Program-made: the position numbers and the translations under genes
Assembly (NCBI GenBank): GCA_002269645.1
Contig: NIVC01002761.1
Coordinates: 1 to 24,498 of the forward strand
Source of the DNA: Macrostomum lignano
Taxonomy: Eukaryota
DNA: 24,498 nucleotides
Reading direction: 5' to 3'
Shown: in pieces, positions 1 to 6,588 of the stretch
Numbering within the stretch: position 1 is the first letter of the stretch
How the letters are laid out: every line of letters starts with the position of its first letter
Notes under the pieces: model-generated
Told to the model about the DNA's origin: nothing
Databases searched by the model: none
What the model saw: only the letters and a program-made list of their open reading frames with translations

Positions 1-1080
1 ATAGTGCTCGTCTCGCAGTTGCTGGTGCAGATGCAGGCGCTCCTTGGCTAGCTCAGTCGCCTCGTCCAGGCGACGTTGGAAGTCCTTGACGTAGTCGGGC
101 AGGTCGGCGTACTCGGGCAGCTTCTTCAGCGCGTTGTCGATCGGGAGTCGGAAGTCACGGGCCGAACACCAGGTAGTGAGGCGTGAAGCCGGTCACCGGG
201 TGCACGCTGGAGCGGAGAGCATCAGACAGGCCGGGAGGAAGGTGTCCAGTCGTTGTGGTTGCGCCTCGAGCAGACAGGTGAGGACACTCTTCAGCTGCTT
301 GTTGAGGTTCTCGACTTGTCCATTGGAAGCTGGATTGTACGGTGTTGTTGTCGTATGCGAATGCCAAACAGGTCGCAGAACTTCTTGAAGGCCGAGCCGG
401 TGAAGTTGTGCCTTGGTCGGTGTGGATCCAGCATGGTACACCGAACTCAGGGATGAAGCGCTCCTGCAGAAGCTTGATGACTGTTTGGCTTTCTGGTTTC
501 TCATCGGGTAGGCGAATGGATACTTCGACGTCGCATCGCACAAGGTCAGGATGTAGCGGTTACCGCTCTTGCTCTTCTGCGCGATTGGTCCTACTACATC
601 ACAGTGGATCTACCCAGAACTTCGCAAACTGGAAGCTCTGGCGGAACTCTCTCTCGCCGTCGCGATTTACTTTCAAGCAAGTGCGCACTTACTGATGAAG
701 GTCTTGGTAGCACGGGCTAATCCGGGTCTCCAGAACCGTTCTCGTAGCCGCAGTAACGTCTTCGTCTCGCCGAGGTGTCCACACAGTGGCGAACTGTGGA
801 GCTCCTGAGCACCTGGGCGTCAAGGGCCTCAGGCAGAACAACCTTTTGGCGGCTGCTGGCCTCGGACAGGTCAATCAGCAGCAGGCCGTTGTCCTCCTGC
901 AGGTTCTCGTAGTATCGAGCAGGTTCCGCTGCTCCTTCGTCAGGCGCAACCGGCGTCGAACTCAGGCTTCGGGGCTTCGTCCTTGACCAGGTTGAGCACG
1001 TAGCTGATGGCTCGGTCAGCGCGCTGGGCTTCAACGAACTGTTGGCGAGTCATCGGCAGCTTCAGAAAATCAGTGAGCAC
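1..1080 (-). pseudogene. pol: Integrase region of pol, split across frames by single-base indels (possibly sequencing artefacts); truncated at window start
   Basis: Joining frames gives MTRQQFVEAQRADRAISYVLNLV...VVLPEALDAQVL-QELHSSPLCGHLGETKTLLRLRERFWRPGLARATKTFISKCAL(C) (His at 798 and 777, Cys at 687), then IHCDVVGP...RYILTLCDATSKYPFAYPM...[51 protein letters not shown]...TGFTPHYLVFG-RDFRLPID. ORF-track pieces 155-541, 193-543, 717-1034 and 940-1452 are fragments of this. Confidence 0.92.
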
Positions 1081-1720
1081 AGCGCGGCATGGCTGAGGGG
1101 TCCGGATTCCCGCAGTCTCCGCTTTAATGGCTCCAGGTCGATCACACGGCACCGTCTTGTCGGCGTCAGGATTAGGTCGCTCCGAGGGACTTTGTCTCAC
1201 AACGTCGGCGTACGTCCGTTGATCTCGAATCGAAGTTCTCTTCATTGCTCTCATGACAGAAGATTCCGCAGATGGAGCAGCGCGCATGCCTCCACTGCAT
1301 AGCACAGGCGACTCTTGGCTGTAGGGCGGGACGCAACACGTGAAGCACGCCTCGTCGCAAGCAGCCGTAGCCGTCGGCTCAGTCGTCGTCAAAATTGGGT
1401 GAGTCTTCTCCAGCACTGGGCGGTGTCGCAAAGGGGGACTCGACTTTCGCACAGGCGATGAGCAGCTGTCTGTCGGCCCGGGGGACAGAGCTTCGACCTT
1501 GCAGCTGGCGCGAGATTCTGGCCTCTGTCAACACGGCGAGAAATCTCAGCGAAAGGCTCAGAAGGGTTGTAGTTAAATTGCTTGCCTGGAGTTGCGTGGC
1601 GGGCCGTCATCAGAAGGGCTGCTGGCGCGGTGGCCTTTGAATCTTGGTCCGTGGGCGTCTCCAGATTCCGAGACCGGAAGTCTTGGGCGTTGTCAAGGAG
1701 GTCTGCGTCAGCGGTGGCCT
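1081..1720 (-). other. Low-complexity pol linker between RNase H and integrase (continuation of pol in shifted frames; ORFs 1389-1748 and 940-1452)
   Basis: ORF 1389-1748 continues the 27-aa repeat begun at the end of the pol ORF (LETNLDEVLEATADA, LETPTDQDSKATAPAAL). ORF 940-1452 leads directly into the integrase N-terminal helix. Confidence 0.6.
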
Positions 1721-2010
1721 CTAGGACTTCGTCCAGGTTGGTCTCCAAGTTGCGGTAGGCGGCATGGCATCGCGGCAGAGGGCTGTTGTCGCAGTGGCCT
1801 CTGAGTTGTCGTCCAGGCCGGTCTCCAGGCGTTGACTGCAGCGGTGGGCGTCGTGCTGGAAGGCTGCTGGCGCGGTGGCTTCCAGGTCTTCGTCCAGGTC
1901 AGTCTTGGCCTCCAAGCAGCGAGAGTGGACTGTCTTCTGGAGGGCTGCTTTGGCAGTGGCCTCGGGTGTCGGGTCCAAATCCGGTTCCAGGTCGTGGTCG
2001 TCACCGGGTC
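1612..2010 (-). repeat. Five degenerate ~81-bp in-frame tandem repeats (27-aa unit, consensus approx. LETxLDxxxEATAxAAL)
   Basis: The + strand anchor GTGGC within GGCTG...GTGGCC recurs at 1630, 1714, 1794, 1875 and 1956 (spacings 84, 80, 81, 81). Confidence 0.85.
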
Positions 2011-4309
2011 GGGCTGTAGAACCAGGTTGCTCTAGCAGTCGGCCATGCTCGAAGGAGATCGGCGGCGCCTCCGGTCTTCTTGACAGGGCATCAGCGTTGG
2101 CGTGGTCCTTGCCTTTGCGGTGGTTGAGCTGGAAGCGGAACTCGCTTAGGCGTTCGATCCAGCGGCCTAAAATACCTGTGGCCTGAGTCTGGTTCAGTAA
2201 CCACAGTAAGGCCCGATGATCGGATCGAACTTCAAACTTCTTGCCAATTAAATAATGACGGAAATGTCGCATAGCGTCCACAATTGCAAGCAGCTCTTTT
2301 TTCGTGACCGTGTAGCGCTTCTCAGGATCGCGAAGTTTACGGCTAAAGAATGCAATTGGACGTTCGACGCCGTCGGATTGCAGTTGTCCAAGGCAAGCGC
2401 CTATTCGAATATCAGAGGCATCCGTGTCGAGGACAAACTTCACAGCAGGATGAGAATTAAATTCAGGCAGAGCGAGAACTTCAGTAGAACACAATTTCTT
2501 CTTCAAAGTGTCGAACGCTAACTGATGCTCAGGAGTCCAATGCTGCCGCAAGCTGCCAATGTCCTTTCGCGTCAGGGCATGCAGCGGCGCAGCCACTCCA
2601 GCGTAGCCGTCGACAAACTTGTGGTAGTAATTGGCGAGGCCTAGGAATTGTCTCAGTTGAGTAACGGACTGTGGCACGGGCCAATCACGGATCTGCGCAA
2701 TCTTGTCCTCACAGGTCTTCAGGCCGTCGGGAGTCACGACGTGACCTAAATAATGCAGCTCCTTGAGGAACAAATGACACTTCTTCGGTTTCACTTTGAG
2801 GTTGGCTGCGATGATGCGCTGGAGTACAGTTCGCAAGTTATCCAGCTGTTCCTCGAAAGTCACTGAGTGCACCACGATGTCGTCCATGTAGCCAAGCGCA
2901 GTCTTTGGCGTCAGGCCGTCCAGGAGCTTATTGATGCAACGCTGAAAGCTGCCGGGACTATCGTGGAGACCCATCGGTAGAACGTTGAAACAGAATTGGC
3001 CGCGGTCGATTACTGAGAATGCCGTCAAGTGCTGGTCGCAGTCGCGCAGCGGGATCTGCCAGAATCCTTGAGCAAGGTCCAAGCTAGAATACCACTGAGC
3101 ACCACGAAGCTTCGCGAAGGTTTCCTGGATGTGCGGGAGCGGATACGGGTGATACACACACCTGTCATTGAGAGCTCTGAAGTCGTGGACTAGTCGGATG
3201 TTGCCGTCCTTCTTGGGCACGATGAGCATTGGCGAATTGTAGCTCGAGTAGGCAGGGCGAATGATGTGCTTCGCCAGCATCTCGTCTAGCAGGGCGTCGA
3301 GTTTGTCCTTCAGATGAGGCGGGATTCGGCGCGGTGGTAGCGCGACTGGTGTCCGGTCCTTCAAGATGATCTCGTGGGTCACCAGGTGAGTCAGGCCGGC
3401 GTCTAGCGAGTGCTTGGAGAAGGCCGCTTGACATTCAACTAGTAGATCTCGCACTCTTTGATGTTGTTCTTTGGACAATTCGCTGTTGATCTCGACTTCA
3501 TCTAGCCATGCTGTGCTGGACTCTTCAGAGTTCTTCGGGAGGTGTCGCACTTCAGGTTCGGGCGTCTCGCTCAAGTACATCAGGTCGGCAGTTCGGAGTG
3601 GCGTCGCAACGCCAACACGGATACCGGCTTGCAGGAACACCTCGCTGTCGGCGGTGTTGACGACCTCAATGTAGCCGCGACCTTCAGGCATCGTCATCAG
3701 AGCAGGCGCTGCTTCCAGAGCGTTGCAGCTGGGATGCAGCCTCGACTTAACCAGCTCGACAATTGATGGCGATCCTCGATTCTCAGGGTGGCCGTCATCC
3801 AGTCTGACGGCAAGCAGCGCTGAACTTCTAGGCGGCAGGGTGCACTTCTCGGAGGTGTACACTCGGCAGTTCTGAAGCTCACGACGTGAATAGCGAACGG
3901 GGATGCACGCGCCATTGTTAAACTTCAACATTCCTTGAGCGAAGTCCAAGTTCTGGCAGTGCTCTCGCATAAATGATACGCCAAGTAAATTTTCACAATC
4001 GGAGACCGTAACGAGGAATTCGGTGTCCGCGACGACATCACCGAACTCCACCGGGATGGTCACCTTACAAGCGAGCGGGAGCTGCGTCCCGTCATACATA
4101 GTTACGCAATCGGGAATAGCATGCGATATAATACAACGAGGCATCCGGCGTCTAATAGCGGCCCAGGTTGACGAACCGAGGAAGTTTTTCCGGCTGCCGC
4201 TGTCTAGCAAGAAAGGGACTTCTCGACTCGCAACTCGACCTGTGACGTACGGATCGGCCTCACGCGCATGGATTTTTTGATTCGGGAGGTGTCCACGAAA
4301 CCTCCACAC
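1721..4309 (-). CDS. pol: Pol polyprotein: aspartic protease (~3905-4252), reverse transcriptase (~2690-3380), RNase H (~2080-2440). Listed start is a GTG; the frame is probably entered from gag by frameshift.
   Basis: 862-codon open frame. Protease LLDSGS (Asp codon 4204-4202) and NLLGVSF. RT motifs YNSPMLIVPKKDGNIRLVHDFRALN, SLDLAQGFWQI, FNVLPMGLHDSPGSFQR, GYMDD (2890-2879), YLGHVV. RNase H motifs VLDTDASD, KELLAIVDAMRHFRHYL, RSDHRAL, NADALSR. Confidence 0.97.
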   Translation of the reverse strand: MWRFRGHLPNQKIHAREADPYVTGRVASREVPFLLDSGSRKNFLGSSTWAAIRRRMPRCIISHAIPDCVTMYDGTQLPLACKVTIPVEFGDVVADTEFLVTVSDCENLLGVSFMREHCQNLDFAQGMLKFNNGACIPVRYSRRELQNCRVYTSEKCTLPPRSSALLAVRLDDGHPENRGSPSIVELVKSRLHPSCNALEAAPALMTMPEGRGYIEVVNTADSEVFLQAGIRVGVATPLRTADLMYLSETPEPEVRHLPKNSEESSTAWLDEVEINSELSKEQHQRVRDLLVECQAAFSKHSLDAGLTHLVTHEIILKDRTPVALPPRRIPPHLKDKLDALLDEMLAKHIIRPAYSSYNSPMLIVPKKDGNIRLVHDFRALNDRCVYHPYPLPHIQETFAKLRGAQWYSSLDLAQGFWQIPLRDCDQHLTAFSVIDRGQFCFNVLPMGLHDSPGSFQRCINKLLDGLTPKTALGYMDDIVVHSVTFEEQLDNLRTVLQRIIAANLKVKPKKCHLFLKELHYLGHVVTPDGLKTCEDKIAQIRDWPVPQSVTQLRQFLGLANYYHKFVDGYAGVAAPLHALTRKDIGSLRQHWTPEHQLAFDTLKKKLCSTEVLALPEFNSHPAVKFVLDTDASDIRIGACLGQLQSDGVERPIAFFSRKLRDPEKRYTVTKKELLAIVDAMRHFRHYLIGKKFEVRSDHRALLWLLNQTQATGILGRWIERLSEFRFQLNHRKGKDHANADALSRRPEAPPISFEHGRLLEQPGSTARPGDDHDLEPDLDPTPEATAKAALQKTVHSRCLEAKTDLDEDLEATAPAAFQHDAHRCSQRLETGLDDNSEATATTALCRDAMPPTATWRPTWTKS

Positions 4310-4467
4310 TCCGCGTCACTTACTGACGAGCGACTGTCGGACTGGGCATTGGCGCCTGCACAGCCGACATCCTCTTCTTCTGGTGACCTCTCGGAGTCTG
4401 CCAAGTAGCCTGGGCTTGGACCTCGCGGAGGGCGGTGCCGTTGTCGCTCTCCGCCTGGCCGTTTCCC
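4204..4467 (-). other. Gag-Pol transframe segment (-1 frame relative to gag) entered at slippery heptamer G GGA AAC (4467-4461)
   Basis: Gag codons CAG GGA AAC form an X XXY YYZ heptamer in the correct phase just after the zinc knuckle. The -1 frame (GKRPGGERQ..., ORF 4204-4488) is open across the gag stop and overlaps the pol frame. Confidence 0.75.
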
Positions 4468-5495
4468 TGGTTCTGGCGCATCGGGCACTGGGCACTGCGG
4501 TGACCGGGCTGTCCGCAGCCGTAGCAGATTGTAGTCTTCGCCGGCGGGCTGTTCTTCTGCTGTTGGTCACGCTGCACCAGGTGATCAAGCAGTCGCTGCT
4601 GCTTCTCGATCAAGTCGGTTAGAGTTAGCAAGGCTTGGGCGGTGACGTCGGGCTTCGGGTCGCCGTCCTGCTCCCCGTCCAACATCCTAACCGGGGGTTG
4701 AGCAGATCGGTGCGCCAATTCTTTGGCGCCTTCTAGTCGTCGTAGCTCTCGAATCGCAGCAAGAAGATTGTTCGGGCGAACCCAGTACAGCCGTTCGCGC
4801 AGATCTGGAGTCGTCCGGATACCAGCAAGAAATTGATCAGTAATCTCCTTCTCGCGGTCTTCAGGATGCATTCGAGGATATGCACGTTCACCCAGAGTTC
4901 TCAGGGCGTCAGCGAATTCTTCTGCTGACTCATTCTTGCCTTGTTGACGACGTCGCAACAGTTCTCGATACTCATCAGCACCACCATGACGGGCAAATCG
5001 CTCAATCAGACGTTGCTTGACCTCCTCGTAGCTGGCGAAACGCGGAAGATTCATACCAAGCAAGGCTGGATACGCAGTAGCCAAATCAAGACTCGCGATG
5101 AGGTGTTGCTTCATCTCGAACGGGTCGACGATGCGCTCCATCTCGCAACGCTGCTCGAACGCGGCAAGCCAGACGTGAATGTCCTGACTTGGAGTAAACT
5201 TCACAATTTTAACTTGTTTACTTACAGGCCGCTCCATCTGCTGCTGCAGAGCTGCCATCATGGTCCTGACGTCTTGGTGCGTGATGTTCCGGCCGATGTT
5301 GTCCAGGCCTTGCAGAAGCTCGTCTGGCGGGTCGTCGGACGCGTCGCTTCTGGCCCCTCGCCTCGGCGTCGGCTGCTGACCGAAGTCGTTGATCGCTGCT
5401 GCTGCTGCGGCGGCGTCTCCGGCCGCAGGCCTCGAACTGCTGATGTGCTGATCCGGCCGGCTGCTGCACCGGCTTTCGTCTCGCTCGTTGAACAT
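4320..5495 (-). CDS. gag: Gag (capsid plus CCHC nucleocapsid), about 391 aa from the first ATG at 5495; the frame is open from 5651 and the ORF track starts it at a TTG at 5597
   Basis: Gypsy capsid-like motifs FTPSQDIHVWLAAFEQRC, YEEVKQRLIERF, RRQQGKNESAEEFADALRTLGERAYP, DQFLAGI. Zinc knuckle CYGCGQPGHRSAQC at 4526-4485. Confidence 0.9.
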   Translation of the reverse strand: MFNERDESRCSSRPDQHISSSRPAAGDAAAAAAAINDFGQQPTPRRGARSDASDDPPDELLQGLDNIGRNITHQDVRTMMAALQQQMERPVSKQVKIVKFTPSQDIHVWLAAFEQRCEMERIVDPFEMKQHLIASLDLATAYPALLGMNLPRFASYEEVKQRLIERFARHGGADEYRELLRRRQQGKNESAEEFADALRTLGERAYPRMHPEDREKEITDQFLAGIRTTPDLRERLYWVRPNNLLAAIRELRRLEGAKELAHRSAQPPVRMLDGEQDGDPKPDVTAQALLTLTDLIEKQQRLLDHLVQRDQQQKNSPPAKTTICYGCGQPGHRSAQCPMRQNQGNGQAESDNGTALREVQAQATWQTPRGHQKKRMSAVQAPMPSPTVARQ

Positions 5496-5692
5496 GTTGA
5501 ACTCGTCGTAGTCGCTGGCCGAAGTCGTTCTCGAAAGAGCGGTTGGCTTGGGTGTGTCGTAGTCGGATCTCACCGCTGCGTCACCAGTGAAGTACAATGT
5601 GGTCTCTTCCCGGTTTAGGCCCTTGCGGATTACCTTCAGACTCGGGCCTCTTCAGTGGGAAGTTCTCTCAACTCTCTCAGTAGCGTAGGTAG

Positions 5693-5703
5693 TGCTGCCA
5701 CCA
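5693..5703 (-). other. Primer binding site, probably tRNA-Leu
   Basis: Minus strand reads TGGTGGCAGCA; the first 10 nt are complementary to the GCTGCCACCA 3' end of common eukaryotic tRNA-Leu. It lies between the putative LTR and gag. Confidence 0.7.
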
Positions 5704-6030
5704 GTTCCTTCAGGTCTCGGCCTTCGGTGAGGTGAGCTTCCCGTCGGAACGAAATAATGAAGTCAACGAACACAGCACGACGTGCAGATTTGCAGCTCAA
5801 CGTATAAGGCGTCTCGTCAGCAGCACCTGCCGGGCTTGGATGGTACAGGGAGGGCTGAGTTAGCCTCTCGTAGACTTGGGTTGACTTGGTCGGGTTTCAG
5901 TCGGAGCAATAGGAATAGAGTCAATATGCGCAAAGGCTCGGACACTCGGGGATTTGGTCACACGCAGACGTAGAACTCGAGGTTGAACAGAAAGAAGACT
6001 CCTTGACGGAAACAAGGGGGAGAGAGCTCC

Positions 6031-6038
6031 TATTTATA
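6031..6038 (-). promoter_or_regulatory. LTR TATA box (TATAAATA)
   Basis: Minus strand reads GCTATAAATAGGAG, downstream of the enhancer-like repeats and followed by a pyrimidine-rich stretch, oriented toward gag. Confidence 0.7.
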
Positions 6039-6059
6039 GCCGGGAAATTCCCACGCTCC

Positions 6060-6235
6060 AGACCTCGTGACTTGTTCTATTTTTAGAACTGACGTCACTC
6101 GAGAGTCTCAGGCAGGGTACAAGCGCGCGGAAGACCTCGTGACTTGTTCTATTTTTAGAACTGACGTCACTTGAGGGTCCCCGGCAGAGTACACATGGCT
6201 GTGACTCAGTTGCTATTTTTAGCAACATGAGTCAC
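6060..6235. promoter_or_regulatory. U3 enhancer-like repeats: two identical 40-bp direct repeats (6060-6099, 6132-6171) and a related 35-bp near-palindrome (6201-6235)
   Basis: Each module has CTATTTTTAG (= CTAAAAATAG, MEF2-type MADS consensus) at 6077, 6149 and 6213. These are flanked by TGACGTCA (6090, 6162) or TGACTCA/TGAGTCA (6202, 6228). Confidence 0.65.
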
Positions 6236-6298
6236 TCCTCTCCTTAGAAAAGGGAAGGGTCCGAAAGCATGTGACTCACCCGGCAAACAGGGCCAACG

Positions 6299-6324
6299 AG
6301 TGCAGTAAACATGTTTACTGCACT
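6299..6324. repeat. Perfect 26-bp palindrome AGTGCAGTAAACATGTTTACTGCACT
   Basis: Self-complementary as read; contains inverted GTAAACA/TGTTTAC forkhead-type cores. Confidence 0.85.
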
Positions 6325-6347
6325 TTAAGACTCAAAGAACGCAAGAG

Positions 6348-6374
6348 CTGTCATGTGACTTGCTCACATGACAG
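6348..6374. repeat. 11-bp inverted repeat with 5-nt spacer (CTGTCATGTGA-cttgc-TCACATGACAG)
   Basis: Arms are exact reverse complements; each arm contains a CATGTG E-box (TCATGTGA, M-box-like). Confidence 0.8.
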
Positions 6375-6588
6375 AGGAAAACAGGAAGGGAGCGAAACAG
6401 AGACAGCCCACAGTCGAGAGACTGAGGGCTGAGAACGGAGACGCAACAGGGCGGAAAGGGCCACGGGGGGGCAACAGGCAAACGAAAAAGGGACGGGAAG
6501 CTGACCAGCGGCAGACAGCAACCCAAAGGGAGGGCAAGGGAGCGGCTGACAAGGGCGACGCCTAACAATAAACTAGCGGCTCACTACA

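Larger units (their letters stand above)
1..6588 (-). mobile_element. Ty3/Gypsy (Metaviridae-like) LTR retrotransposon; 3' part (integrase C-terminus, PPT, 3' LTR) lies beyond the window start
   Basis: Minus-strand order is LTR, PBS, gag, PR, RT, RH, IN. Integrase downstream of RT/RH is the Ty3/Gypsy arrangement. Motifs read directly: CCHC knuckle, LLDSGS, YMDD, DTDASD, H-X6-H-X29-C-X2-C, D-X35-E. Confidence 0.96.
5704..6588 (-). repeat. Putative 5' LTR (~885 bp)
   Basis: Begins TGTAGTG at 6588 exactly at the array boundary, contains a TATA box and enhancer-like repeats, and ends at the PBS. It ends GGAAC rather than CA, and the partner LTR is not in the window, so the limits are inferred. 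Confidence 0.65.

Noticed and set aside
1-1720. env-like third ORF or chromodomain
   Set aside because: All ORF fragments here are explained as pol linker or integrase; the region where env or a chromodomain would lie is outside the window.
4941-5618. 225-aa + strand ORF antisense to gag, and other short + strand ORFs over pol
   Set aside because: Shadow ORFs expected opposite GC-rich coding sequence; no recognisable motifs.
6074-6090. Heat-shock element in GTTCTATTTTTAGAAC
   Set aside because: TTC and GAA are 8 nt apart, out of register with the 5-bp nGAAn periodicity; the MEF2-type reading fits exactly.
6561-6567. Alternative LTR start TGTTAGG at 6567
   Set aside because: Plausible, but it leaves 21 bp of unexplained unique sequence before the array, whereas TGTAGTG at 6588 meets the array exactly. 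It cannot be excluded without the 3' LTR.
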